From Octopus vulgaris (taxonomy: Eukaryota): a stretch of 64,000 bases of DNA. Each line of letters opens with the position of its first letter. Position 1 is the stretch's first letter. Positions 42,030 through 55,720 of this stretch are shown here, one piece after another. The position numbers and the translations under genes were made by a program. A model generated the notes under the pieces. It ran no database searches. It was not told the origin of the DNA and worked only from the letters and a program-made list of their open reading frames with translations. The stretch lies in assembly GCA_951406725.2 (NCBI GenBank), contig OX597836.1, forward strand, positions 45,756,001-45,820,000, read 5' to 3'.

Positions 42030-44450
42030 AAAAAAGTTTTACAGGAAGATGGGAAAAACAGTGACAGTAAAGTCTGTTCCATCAAAAGAAATGTAGGAAT
42101 ATTGGAATAAAATTCGAACAGAAGAAAAAACACACAATGAAAAGGCCCCTTGGATTGATATAATATCTACAGACTTAGACTCCTTAGAAGAGTAAAAGTG
42201 GGAGGGTGTATGGTAGAAGAGATAAGGTCTGCTCTCAGGAGGTCAAGCGACTGGAAGTCTTCAGGAAAGAATAAAATTCCTAACTTCTGGTTGAATGTCT
42301 TCCCATTCAAAAGTTAGTGCTCATGGGAACTGCTCATATCTTACGCAAAATACTTTCTATGTAATCTCAGATTTTAAAACAAACTCATAACTTTCTTATG
42401 GCTTTTAAAACATTCTCTAGAACAACACTATGTACAAAACCAAATATATGACACCCTAGGCATAGCACCAACATGAACTTCTAACTTGTTGTCTCTTGAG
42501 GTCTCTGGGTGAGACTTGGAGCCAACTTGTACAAATCATCATCATCATCATCTCATCATCATCATCATCATAAGAAGAATCAAATATTCAACGATGAGGG
42601 AAAAAATCAGAAGAGAATGTTATCACAGGATAATACTCAAGACAGAGCTGAATACAAGAAACACGATCGAAGCGATCAATACTTTAGTCATACTGGTCGT
42701 GACTTACTGTTTCAATATCATTAATTCGTCAATTACTGAAGTAATCTTCACAGAAAAATACGAAAACTGTTGACAATGCACAGAATGCACCACCCTAAGG
42801 CAGAAGTAGAACGACTTTACCTGCCAAGTAAAGAGGGTAACCATGGACTTTTACAACGAAGCCCATAACGCTAAATGCTAAGCAAGTATAAAGGCCTTGA
42901 AATAGAAATTCAAAAGTTAGTGCTCATGGAGACTGCCCATATCCTACGCAAAATACTTTCTATTTAATCTCAAATTTTAAAACAAACACATAATTTTCTT
43001 ATACTTTCTTAAACATTCTCTAGAACAACACTATGTACAAAACCAAATATATGACACCTTAGGCATAACACCAACATGAACTTCTAACTTATTGTCACTT
43101 GAGGTCTCTTGGTGAGACTTGGAGTCAACTTGTACAAATACAAAGTCAAAGATATAACAACAACAACAACAACGATAACAATAATAATAACAATAATAAT
43201 AATAATAATAATGAAGATTGTCACAATTGGCCACAATACGTACCTGTAAAACTCTAATGACTGGATGTTAAAACTTGTCTCAAAATATGAAAACAAGAAA
43301 GCATCATACTCTGTAACAAAACAGGCAAAGGAATACCTAAGTGAATTCCGAATACAACAAATCCCAGAATTAGACGTACTGGAAACAAGAACAGAAAAAG
43401 CTAAGCGTATGAAAATAGATGCTAAAACTGTAGCCTTAGATATTCTGAATGATAAATGGCAAGAAAAACCTCTCAATGGCAAATACCCAAAGAGAGCTAA
43501 TAATGGTTAGTGGATTGTGTGGAGGCGCAATGGCCCAGCGGTTAGGGCAGCGGACTCACGGTCGTAGGATCGCGGTTTCGATTCCCAGACCGGGCGTTGC
43601 GAGTGTTTATTGAGCGAAAACACCTAAAGCTACACGAGGCTCCGGCAGGGGATGGTGATGATCCCTGCTGTACTCTTTCACCACAACTTTCTCTCACTCT
43701 TTCTTCCTGTCTCTGTTGTACCTCTATTTCAAAGGGCCGGCCTTGTCACTCTCTGTGTCACGCTGAATATCCTCGAGAACTACGTTAAGGGTACACGTGT
43801 CTGTGGAGTGCTCAGCCACTTACACGTTAATTTCACGAGCAGGCTGTTCCGTTGGTCGGATCAACCGGAACCCTCATCGTCGTAACCGACGGAGTGCTTC
43901 CACTAGTGGATTGTGGCTTAAAATCTGAAGGGTTTATCAAAGCAGCTCAAGATCAATATGTACCTACAAGGAACTACCAGGCTAACATATTAAAGAATGC
44001 CAGTAGCCCAACATGTCGTGTATGTCAACAATGCCTCCTCATCGATATGACTGTCCCAATCGATATAAACGTATCTGTCAAGACCTACCGAAAATTGAGC
44101 AAATATAAAGATCTTGAAATAGAAATTAGCAAAATGTGGAACCTGAAGACTAAAACAAATTATTATTATTATTATTATCATTGAGTTAGAGAGCAGTGCT
44201 AGAAATTCAAAAGTTAGTGCTCATGGGAACTGCCCATATCCTACGCAAAATACTTTCTATTTAATCTCAAATTTTAAAACAAACACATAATTTTCTTATA
44301 CTTTCTTAAACATTCTCTAGAACAACACTATGTACAAAACCAAATATATGACACCCTAGGCATAACACCAACATGAACTTCTAACTTATTGTCACTTGGG
44401 GTCTCTAGGTGAGGCTTGGAGTCAACTTGTATAAATACAAAGTCAAAGAT
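42030..44450 (+). mobile_element. Cluster of truncated R4/Dong-like LINE fragments
   Basis: Three copies of the 3' end IQKLVLMGTAHILRKILS* plus 3' UTR (~42306-42535, 42905-43152, 44200-44450). Also EGFIKAAQDQ, KLSKYKDLEIEI and MHHPKAEVERLYLP. Separated by (AAT)/(CAT)/(AAC) repeats. Confidence 0.82.
43520..43903 (+). mobile_element. tRNA-derived SINE, family B
   Basis: ggcgcaatggcccagcggttagggca...ggtttcgattccc head. TSD tagtggattgt on both sides. Confidence 0.88.
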
Positions 44451-44477
44451 ATAACAACAACAACAACAACAATAACG

Positions 44478-44543
<66 letters not shown>

Positions 44544-44620
44544 TAATAATAATATATTTTACCCCAGTGTCACTTTGATGGCATGAACTGCTCTCTCACT
44601 CAATACTCATAATAATAATG

Positions 44621-44694
<74 letters not shown>

Positions 44695-44708
44695 GCGGGG
44701 GGAGAGGA

Positions 44709-45740
44709 ATGATGCAATTAGAGCTGTGCTATAAGACCTCTACTGTAGGAATGAACAGGTACCTATCTAGTACAAAGGACTGGATGCTGCGACTTGTGTG
44801 CGAACACGAAAGCAACAAAAAGCTGCATTCTATTGTCAAGGAAGCTTATAAGTTCGAAAGGGAACTAGACATTAACCTTGAATCAGATGAAGAGCCGGAA
44901 ACCACTGCTACCAAGCAAGCAAAGCGAATCAAGCAGACTGCAAAAAAGAACGGGCAGAATCAAATTGAGAGGCGGTGGAGCCAGAAGCCCCTGCATGGAC
45001 AATATATTCTCCGAAGCCAAAATGCTGATGTAGACCAAGCAACAACCCATCAGTGGCTGAAGAGCTCTGGATTGAAAGCAGAGACTGAAGGTTTCATAAT
45101 GGCAGCACAAGATCAAAGCTTGTTTACCAGAAATTACCAGGCTAACGTTCTCCGAAACGGTACTGACCCTAAATGCAGATTCTGCGACACATTTGACGAA
45201 ACGATAGACCATCTCGTTTCGGGATGTCCTGTGCTGACACCAAACGAATACAAAAATCGCCACGATAGGGTAGGACAGTATATACATTGGAAGATATGTA
45301 AACACTACAAATCCGACACTCCTGCTAACTGGTATGAACACCATCCTCAGCCAGTTGTTGAAGGTAAAGATGTCACCATCCTCTGGGATTTTCCAGTCAA
45401 CACTGACAGAAGGATCAAGGCTAATCGACCAGACATAATTGTTAAAGACAGGGAAGAAAATACCTGCAGACTAATAGAAGTAAGCGTCCCCACTGATAAA
45501 AATGTATCTGTCAAGGAATTTGACAAACTTAGTAAATATAAGGACCTGGAAATCGAAATACAGAGGATGTGGAATCTTAAAACAAAAACTGTTCCTGTTA
45601 TTGTAGGTGCCCTAGGTATGATAAAAAAGGGATGTCAGAAACACCTAGACAATATCCCTGGAAAACCATGTCTCAAGGAAATCCAAAAGATTGTGCTAAC
45701 AAGTACTGCCCACATCCTTAGAAAAACCCTATCAATGTAA
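44709..45740 (+). CDS. C-terminal part of an R4/Dong-clade non-LTR retrotransposon protein (CCHC knuckle plus restriction-like endonuclease), 5'-truncated
   Basis: Uninterrupted 343 aa ORF with CRFC..ETIDHLVSGC, RHD, RPDII..D, E.SVP and KLSKY. The element (44695-45890) is flanked by (AAT)n. Confidence 0.9.
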   Translation: MMQLELCYKTSTVGMNRYLSSTKDWMLRLVCEHESNKKLHSIVKEAYKFERELDINLESDEEPETTATKQAKRIKQTAKKNGQNQIERRWSQKPLHGQYILRSQNADVDQATTHQWLKSSGLKAETEGFIMAAQDQSLFTRNYQANVLRNGTDPKCRFCDTFDETIDHLVSGCPVLTPNEYKNRHDRVGQYIHWKICKHYKSDTPANWYEHHPQPVVEGKDVTILWDFPVNTDRRIKANRPDIIVKDREENTCRLIEVSVPTDKNVSVKEFDKLSKYKDLEIEIQRMWNLKTKTVPVIVGALGMIKKGCQKHLDNIPGKPCLKEIQKIVLTSTAHILRKTLSM

Positions 45741-46025
45741 ATGTCTGTGTTTGCATTACATGGAGATATATCTCTACTTCCCCTCCCCAAGCTTTCAGCT
45801 ATATTTCAACAACTCTTAACCTTCACTTGCCCTAGGGCGCTGGGTGTGCCCCGGCAGGTGATTGCATCAAACATGCAGATTAAAAGTAAATGACAATGAT
45901 AATAATAATAATAATAATAAGAAGAAGCAGAAGAAGAAGAAGAAAAATCTTTCCTACCCTAGGCACAAGGCCCGAAATTTTGGGGGAGGGGGCCAGTCGA
46001 TTAGATCGACCCCAGTACGCAATCA

Positions 46026-46060
<35 letters not shown>

Positions 46061-46638
46061 ATAATAATAATAATGATGATGATGATGATGGTTATGATGA
46101 TGATGATGACAATAATAATAATAGTAAGCAACAATGAGTATGTGTATTAGTGTATGTGTGCACGTGCGTGTTATTGTGAATTACTTTGCATGTAAACAGG
46201 TGTTTAAAAAAACAGGTAGCAATAACATTTCAACAGTGAGCAATTCTCCAATAATGAGGGGACGTTCCAGATATAATACTGATGGAAAAAAAAACAACAA
46301 CCCATGACAAGGATGATGTCGATGGTGATAACAACAACAACGACAACAACAACAACAACAGCAACAAAAACAACAACAACCAATGTCAAAGTAGGATGCT
46401 GCAGTTTCTGATTACAGCTGTCATAGATTTTAAGAGCTGAGGGACACCGCTTTCTGGTGGCGTCCCGTCTATCAGATGACAGTTGGGATTCCATTCAACT
46501 AAACTGATCAAGCTTTTTTCCATACTTTTCTCGACACATACATACATACATACGTACATATATATATACATACATACATAGAATATATACACATTTGTGC
46601 GCGTGTTTATATTTCTTATGAAAAATAACTGAGCTGAC

Positions 46639-46826
46639 ATATAAGCATGACGAAGGTGTAAACGTTCTAGGTTAGTGTTTATTTTGTATTCTACTCGTCA
46701 TGTTATATGCGATATATATATACATATATATATACATATATATATAAGCATGACGAAGGTGTAAACGTTCTAGGTTAGTGTTTATTTTGTATTCTACTCG
46801 TCATGTTATATGCGATATATATATAC

Positions 46827-46850
<24 letters not shown>
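46639..46850. repeat. Tandem duplication of a ~104 bp fold-back unit
   Basis: atataagcatgacgaag...ctcgtcatgttatat occurs twice, with a partial third copy at 47037-47090. Confidence 0.8.
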
Positions 46851-46886
<36 letters not shown>

Positions 46887-46962
46887 CATATATATATACA
46901 CACACATAAATATATGCATATATGTACACACACGTGTGTGTGTGTATGTGTCTATATATTTG

Positions 46963-47012
<50 letters not shown>

Positions 47013-47244
47013 GTGTGTGTGTGTGTATGTGTGTGTGAACGTTCTAGTTTAGTGTTTATTTTGTATTCTACTCCTCATGTTATATGCTATATATATATAT
47101 ATATATACATACATACATACATATACATCTATCTATCTATCTATCTGTCTATACATACACACATATATATATGTGTGTGTGTATATATATGTTATATGCA
47201 ATTTATATATATATATATATTTACAAGTATATATATTTACATGC

Positions 47245-47289
<45 letters not shown>

Positions 47290-47457
47290 ATATACATGTT
47301 ATATATATATATGTGTGTGTTTGTGTGATATGCATATATATACATATATATGTATATGTTATATATATGTTGTATATACATGTTATATATATATGTGTGT
47401 GTGTGTGTTGTGTGTTGTGTGTGGGGTGTGTGTGTGTGTGTATGTGTGTTGTGTTGT

Positions 47458-47493
<36 letters not shown>

Positions 47494-47879
47494 TATGCCT
47501 ATATACGTGATGGTTTTGTATTCTCTGCGTTGTTGCATTGCATTTGTATCTACCAAGTGCGAAACGAGATTCCCATTTATATTGAGTGGTGACAGGAAGA
47601 AGAGGAATCGGGAGAGAGAAAAAAAATGAGCTCTCTTTGAAGAGGAAGAAGATCTGGCTTTGCTGAAGGGGAACATCATAAAATGAGAACAACAACAACA
47701 ACAACAGCAGCGACAACAACAAAACCAGCGGCAGCAGCAACAACATCAACTGCAATAACAAATACACCAACAAAACCATTTACGAACGTCGAAAGCAAAG
47801 AACGAAACTAGCGCGCGCACACACACAACACACACACACACACACACACTCACGCACATACGCACACGCACAGTCATTA

Positions 47880-47886
47880 TGGTGAC

Positions 47887-47923
<37 letters not shown>

Positions 47924-48005
47924 ATGATAAACATTATCACCACAACCATCAAGAACACTACTACTACCACTACCGCCACTATCACCATCACCGACACCAC
48001 CCCAC

Positions 48006-48052
<47 letters not shown>

Positions 48053-48240
48053 GCCACTACTACTACTACTACTACTACTGCCACTACTACTACTATATCT
48101 ACTACTACTACTACTACTACTACTGCCACTTCTACTGCTGCTGTTGCTGTTGATACTACTACTACTACTACTACTACGACTACGACTACTACTACTACTA
48201 CCACCACCACTACAACAACAACAACAACAGCAACAATATA
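47880..48240. repeat. (GAT)n/(ACT)n microsatellite
   Basis: Seen directly. Confidence 0.93.
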
Positions 48241-48449
48241 AAACGTGTTGTTTGTGTTAAATGTTTCCACGTTGAACGGTTGCGCCGTCTATCGTTAACA
48301 CCGACAAACCATCGATATTTCCAGAAGCAAGCCTCTCCACTGTTGTTTCAGAAAATATATCAACGTTACAAACACACAGTCGCGATAAATATTATTTAGC
48401 CAACCACTGTTTTTATAATAGGATGTGACCGCTGTTAGATTTATTATGA

Positions 48450-48844
48450 GTGGAGGCGCAATGGCCCAGTGGTTAGGGCAGCGGACTCGCGGTCGTAGAA
48501 TCGCGGTTTCGATTCCCAGACCGGGCATTGCGAGTGTTTATTGAGCGAAAACACCTAAAAAGTTCCACGAGGCCCCGGCAGGGGATGGTGGTGATCCCTG
48601 CTGTACTCTTTCACCACAACTTTCTCTCACTCTTACTTCCTGTTTCTGTTGTACCTGTATTTCAAGGAGCCGGCCTTGTCACTCCCTGTGTCACGCTGAA
48701 TATCCCCGAGAACTACGTTAAGGGTACACGTGTCTGTGGAGTGCTCAGCCACTTACACGTTAATTTCGCGAGCAGGCTGTTCCATTGATTCGGATCAACC
48801 GGAACCCCCGTCGTCGTAACCGACGGAGTGCTTCCATTCCGTCC
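48450..48844 (+). mobile_element. SINE family B
   Basis: Near-identical to 43520-43903. TSD agatttattat. Confidence 0.88.
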
Positions 48845-49534
48845 AGATTTATTATAAGAGTGCAGCATTAAACGCTGTAAACTTGGCAGAAACGTCAGTG
48901 CGTCGAACAAAATGGCTTCGGGCGTTTCTTCCAGCTTTTTACGTTCTGAATTCAAATCCCGCTGCGGTCATCTTTCCCTTTGATGCTTTCGGACAGGAGT
49001 CGATAGCATCGCCTGACCCCCAGCTTCGAAGTTTTAGGTCATTACAATTATTGACGTTATGATGTCATAAGAGTAAATATCTTTATGACGTCATCATGTC
49101 ATAAAATTCGTCACAGTTATGACGTATTGTAATCATCAGATTTATTACAACTCTGACGTTATGATGTCATTGAGGGAAATTTGGCTGGTATTTCTGGTAG
49201 GTTGATCGACAACGCCTAGGCATCCTCCGTGGCATCTATTTGATGTTCATGCTGTTGTTGTTGGTGGTGGTCGGGCTATTGTTAGTGTTACTATTGTTAT
49301 TGTAGTTGTTGGTTAAAGGGCGGTGAACTGGCAGAATCGTTAACACGCTGGGCAAAATACCTCGCGAATTTTAATCCGTCTTTATGTTCTGAGTGCAAAT
49401 TCCGCCGAGGTTGACTTCGTCTTTCATCCTTTCGGGGCCAATGAAATAAGTACCAGTCACGCACTGGGGTCGATGTAACCGATTAGCCCGTCCCCATCAC
49501 CTATATCAGGTCTTGTGCTTTTAGTAGAAAGGTT

Positions 49535-49932
49535 TACTCTTTTACTCTTTTACTCTTTTACTTGTTTCAGTCATTTGACTGCGGCCATGCTGGAGCACCA
49601 CCTTTAGTCGAGCAAATCGACCCCGGGACTTATTCTTTGTAAGCCCAGTACTTATTCTATCGGTCTCTTTTGCCGAACCGCTAAGTTACGTGGACGTAAA
49701 CACACTAGCATCGGTTGTCAAGCAATGCTAAGGGGACAAACACAGACACACAAACACACACACATACATATATACGACAGGCTTCTTTCAGTTTCCGTCT
49801 ACCAAATCCACTCACAAGGCATTGGTCGGCCCGGGGCTATAGCAGAAGACACTTGCCCAAGGTGCCACGCAGTGGGACTGAACTCGGAACCATGTGGTTG
49901 CTTAGCAAGCTACTTACCACACAGCCACTCCT
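49535..49932 (-). mobile_element. SINE family A
   Basis: Reverse full copy. Confidence 0.85.
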
Positions 49933-50711
49933 GTTTTGTGGTTGTTGGTTGCATTAGTGCCGCTGCTGCTGTTTTCATTGGTTTAGTTATTCCTGTTGTT
50001 GTAGTTGTTGGTTTGGTGATTTATCAGTGTTATTGTTCTTACTCTTTTTATCGCTGGTCACCAATTTTTATAGTCACGTTTTGTTACTGTTTGTGTAACA
50101 CTACTTTTATATGTTTCCTATTAGGAAATAGATAATAGATATTTTACTTTTGAAGTAGGAATGTAAATTTATAAACACATCACTTATAACTTACTTATAA
50201 GTGTTATCATAATACATAAATCCTAAATCCAGCAACATAAACGCCATAGCGAGAAATATATATATACTCTGAAAAGCTAACGGACATTTTATGGGTGCAT
50301 ATATGTTGAAAATAAATATATTCGTTTAAATTTATTGAAGATAAATAAAACCGCTATAAAAAATAGTTTCATAATTGCAGAAATAAATTTCATTAACAAG
50401 TTGAAGAACGCGAAGAAAGAGAAAATAATTACTACATTATTTTATTCATGTACATTTAGCATTTATAGTACAATTGGAAAGTAAAGTCATTTTGCCGTAG
50501 AGAATTACGACTTAAAATTCACACTAAATAATCCTTCATACTAACTACTAGAGTTCACAACAACTCAAATAAGTCTTGTCGGATTTTTATCATAGACATA
50601 GCATAAAAAATAGCCAATATCTCAATGAGTGAGTGTCGTGGAGTTTTGTAACATCTAACGAACACTGATTATTTTCCCCCAAATCAGGGTTTTTATAACT
50701 GCTCATACCTA

Positions 50712-50937
50712 TTTCTTTACTACAAGGGGCTAAACACAGAGAAGACAAACAAGGACAGACAAACGGATTAAGTCGATTACATCGACCCTAGTGCGCAACT
50801 GGTACTTAATTTATCGACCCCGAAAGGATGAAAGGCAAAGTCGACCTCGGCGGAACTTGAACTCAGAACGTAGCGGCAGGCGAAATACCGCTAAGTATTT
50901 CTCCCGGCGTGCTAACGATTCTGCCAGCTCGGCGCCT
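50712..50937 (-). mobile_element. SINE family C
   Basis: Reverse copy of the 15820-16030 unit. Confidence 0.8.
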
Positions 50938-51539
50938 TTTTTATAACTGTTCATACCTGAATTCTAAGAACCGTATTTCGTGAAAGAATTCTCTTTGACG
51001 AAAGTTTAGAATTCAAATATGGGCAGTAATTTTAACCAATGGATTTACCTTTAATTATGCTTGATCGAGCAAACGACCATTAAGTCATATTGCCGCCTTT
51101 TATGACTTGCTACACTCTTTTCAGTGTTGTTGTTGTTGTTGGTCTTTATACTATTGCAGTAGTTGTTTCTTCTGTTGATGTTGATGCTGTTCTTGTTGTT
51201 GTTGTTGTTGTGTCTGTTCAAGAAGACACAGTGTAATGCAATACAACTTAAAAATAATAATTATTGTTTACATAAAGTTTGGAAAATGCAATTAGACGAA
51301 ACAAGGAAAGTGTTGAAATAAAATTAACGGAACAAAGACGCGAACCATCTCCAATTACTTGATTCTATTCGTAATCCAATAAAGTCAATTACTATTGTGA
51401 GAGATAAGTTTGCTTGGCGAGCTTCTAATCCGGACGAAAGACACGGCCATAATGGAATGATAGAATCACTTACATGTCCTATTGTGTGAGTGACCAGCGG
51501 TGAGGGAAGGAAGCGCGATGTATCGTGGATCAGTTCGCA

Positions 51540-51675
<136 letters not shown>

Positions 51676-51696
51676 CATCCATCTATCTATCTATCC

Positions 51697-51822
<126 letters not shown>

Positions 51823-52436
51823 ACCTGTTTGTCTATTTATCAATCTGCCTGTCTGTCTATCTGTCCGACTGTCTGTCTGTCTGTGTGTCTGTGTCTCTCT
51901 GTCTGTCTGTCTGTCCTCTCTCTCTCTTTCTCTCTGTTAATCAATCTATCTATCTGTCTCTCTTTTTGTTTCTCTCTTTGTCTGTCTGTCTCTCTCTCTC
52001 TTTCTCTCCCCCTCTATCTATCTGTCTATATATCCATTCCTTTAATCCATCCATCCATGTATGTATGTATTATGTATGTATGTATGTATATATGTATGCA
52101 TGTATGCATGTATGTATGTATGTATGTATGTATGTATGTACATACGTGCGTATGAACGACGTACGTACGTATATAGGTGTATATATATGTATAAATCGAT
52201 GTCAATCAACCAATCAATCAATCAATCTATCTATCGATCTCTCTATCTCTTCATAGATACATATACAAACGCTCCTGCGCGTACACAAACACGTAGACAC
52301 AGACACACACACACACACATGTGCACGCACCCACACCCACACACATATTCTGATGCACACATACACACACATATGTAAATTATTTATGTATCTACGGCTG
52401 TATTTATGGATGGATGTTTAGATATGTCAATGTATG

Positions 52437-52818
52437 GGGAAGCACTCCGTCGGTTACGACGACGAGGGTTCCGGTTGATCCGATCAACGGAACAGCCTGC
52501 TCGTGAAATTAACGTGTAAGTGGCTGAGCACTCCACAGACACGTGTACCCTTAACGTAGTTCTCGGGGATATTCAGTGTGACACAGAGTGTGACAAGGCC
52601 GTCCCTTTGAAATACAGGTACAACAGAAACAGGAAGTAAGAGTGAGAGAAAGTTGTGGTGAAAGAGTACAGCAGGGATCACCACCATCCCTGCCGGAGCC
52701 TCGTGGAGCTTTTAGGTGTTTTCGTTCAATAAACACTCACAACGCCTGGTCTGGGAATCGAAACCGCGATCCTACGACCGCGAGTCCGCTGCGCTAACCA
52801 CTGGGCCATTGCGCCTCC
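52437..52818 (-). mobile_element. SINE family B
   Basis: Reverse copy. TSD tcaatgtat. Confidence 0.87.
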
Positions 52819-52979
52819 TTCAATGTATAGACTCGTGTCTACAATGCATTCTTTCTGATACTCTGAGTGAGATGATGAATACATCATGGACACATACGCT
52901 AGCCACTGCTGTGATGGAATACGAAATATTGCACCAATTCCAAGAAAAGGACAGAAGGGAATTAAGAAATACAAAGTAA

Positions 52980-53680
52980 CCTCAAAACATGATATGAAAT
53001 TCCATCAATCAAAGAGACCCTCAAACACAAAGTACAGTTGAAAATTCAGAGTATCAGAAGATTCGAAAAACGAAACGGGTTTTACAGGCCAAAGAATATG
53101 TTTATGTCAGGTGCAAAAAGGTTTTGCAGGGAAATTGGGACACAGACAATTCAGGTAAAGTAACCGCCTTAAATTCATGAGATTGTAGAATTTTGGAAAA
53201 CAGTATGGAATACAGAAAAATTCCATAATGTGATTGCAGAATGGATGAAGAACGCGGAGAAAGTATTCAATAATTTAGAAAGACAGACTTGACAAGACAT
53301 AACTATGGAAGAACTTGAGTTATCACTAAAGAAAGACAACAAATGAAAATCACCTGACATTGATAAAGTGCCAAACTTTTGATTATCGTCGCTTACAGCT
53401 AGCCATAATATGTTACTAAAATGTTTTACGAAATTATGCACAACCCCGAGAAAACTCCTGGCTGGTTTGAACAAGGTATAACGTAGTTCTTGTCCAGAAA
53501 CGAATATTCCGCCCGCCAAGAAACTATTGTCTCATCATCTGCTTCTCCACATCATACAAATTTCTCAACACAATTTTGTCTCGCCTACAAATTTATGAAC
53601 AAAAATCATCTTTTCCCTATTGAGCAGAAAGGTTACCGTCATTGGCCTTACAACTGCGAAAACCAAAAAGCTTAAATGTA
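52980..53680 (+). pseudogene. Old R4/Dong-like LINE fragment (pre-RT region)
   Basis: EFWKTVW, KSPDIDKVPNF and EQKG-like motifs, heavily decayed. Confidence 0.55.
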
Positions 53681-53869
53681 AAAAATCCATGGATGGATGG
53701 ATTAAAGGAATGGATATAGACAGATAGAGAGAGGGAGAGAGAAAGAGAGAGAGAGAGACAGACAGACAAAGAGAGAGACAGATAGATAGATAGTTAGTAA
53801 AAAGATAAAAGAGTTCTTCTTAAATGATAAGGCTGGAAAGATATCAAGACGGTGAGGAATAGGCGGCAT

Positions 53870-54400
53870 TTTCCAATTGTTTAAAATATATTTATACATA
53901 TGCATGCAGTGACTGAACATTTCTGACCTAGAGTTCAATAGAGAGTTAGGGATCTTAGATCTGAACAGGATCTGCGCCCTTTCAGCCAAACAAAGCCTAC
54001 ATTTCCTCGATCAATTCACATAAGGTATGGATTTCTCAATTACTTTCCATTTAATAATATGCGGTGTTTCGTTATCTTTCAAAGTCCATACGTAGCTAGC
54101 CAACTTAGTAAGCATTACTTTTGTCCGTGATGGACATAGCGATTTTAAAATTTACTTTCACATAATCCAAACAATCCTATATAGGTCTTCTTATCAGTTC
54201 TAATATTCTTTGGGGCTGCAGTAACTTCTGCCTCGTATATGATAGCTTTAATTATACATCGTTGGTCAAGTGGACAGGATCCTGGGTCGCGACAGTTGTA
54301 ACTGGATTTAGGCTATTGGTATTGACCACGTGTAATGATGCTCTTCATTTAGGGTAACAGGTATATGATAATTTCACAGAACGTCTATTAAATATTTTCC
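53870..54400 (-). pseudogene. Penelope-like element GIY-YIG endonuclease domain
   Basis: KIFNRRSVKLSYTC; NCRDPGSCPLDQRC; AIIYEAEV...TYIGL; TKLASYVWTLK...IKWKVI; CRLCLAERAQI...LLNSRSEMFSHCMH. Contains frameshifts and stops. Confidence 0.88.
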
Positions 54401-54879
54401 TATATCTATGAGTTGTGGAAAGTGTTCGCCTTGGAGAAACAAGAATATTTTACCTATGTTAGTTTTTATATTAAAGGAAAATGCAGGGGCGAAACAATTA
54501 ATTTTCCTTGGCATATTTTTAGCTTTCTTATTATTATTCTGTTGTCGTTTTCCGTTTTCCGTTCTTTACTTTCTGCGTTTTCTATATGCTGTCTTCGCAG
54601 TTTTTCGCGTTTCTTCTATTATTCAATTTTTTTAGTTCGTTATGATATGTGGTTTGCGTCTAAAGAATATGTTTGAGTTTTCTCAACATATAAAATTATT
54701 TGAAGCGCTTTAATACATGTATTGAGCCCATTAAGTAATATATATATAAAGAAACACTCTGTCGGTTAGGACGACGCGGGTCCCAGCTGATACGATCAAC
54801 AGAACAGTTTGCTCGTAAAATTAACGTGCAAGTGGCTGAGCACATCAGCACATCTGAGTATGCTTGATCCTCACGAAGA

Positions 54880-55720
54880 CAACGAGTTCAGAAAAGCACA
54901 TTTTGATTTAGTCTCTTTCAAAGTATTCGCCTTGGGAGTCTACACACTTCTGTTAGCGTTCCTGTCACTGCTGGAAAACATTTCTGGAAATCACTTTTTG
55001 TGTTGCTGTTTAGCTGAGCGGTCGAATTTTGTTTAATGTCCTCTGTTGACTCTAATCTCCCTTTCAGTGTTTTTTTGAGCTTTGGGAATAACTAAAAGTC
55101 ACACGGAGTCACGTTTTGGGAGTAGGAAGCCTGGCGAACAAGTGGTGTGGTTTGCTTGACGAGTAATGCTTGGACGATGTGGACGGAATGAGCGGTTGCG
55201 TTGTCATGGTGGAGTTTCTAGTTCTTTGCTTCACACAGATCGGGTCGTTTTCCGCCGCACAGCTTCACGAAGGCGACGAAGAACCTTTGCAATCATTTCG
55301 TCGTTTCTGCTAGTCAATGGTCTACTACAACGTGGTTCACTGTCCACTGAGGTGCGGCCATCTTTCAATCGGTTGTACCACTCCTTTATTTGTGTTTATC
55401 CCATAGCACCATCTCCAGAGGCCTTCTGAATATTCTCGATGGCCTGGGCTTGCGTATCACCAAGTGTTCGTCAGAATTTGATACAGTATCTCTGCTCAAT
55501 GCACTCGGTCATCTTGACTCAAAAGAAAAATCGCGCAGCACACTCTTCAAGTCTGTACTCAAAGCATCACTGCGGCGAATGGAACAACCTACAGATATGA
55601 AAATTTTTGCGCATGCTCAGGAAGGACGCGGCCACCTAATACCCATGCGAATTTTGCTCACACATTATTATTTTGTGCAAAAACAAGATCCAAAATCAAG
55701 GCCGGATACTTCTTGGCCAC
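54880..55720 (-). mobile_element. mariner-like remnant, internally deleted
   Basis: Reverse strand shows traces of HTH-region and RLPTPKRDSV-like mariner sequence. Strongly decayed. Confidence 0.5.
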
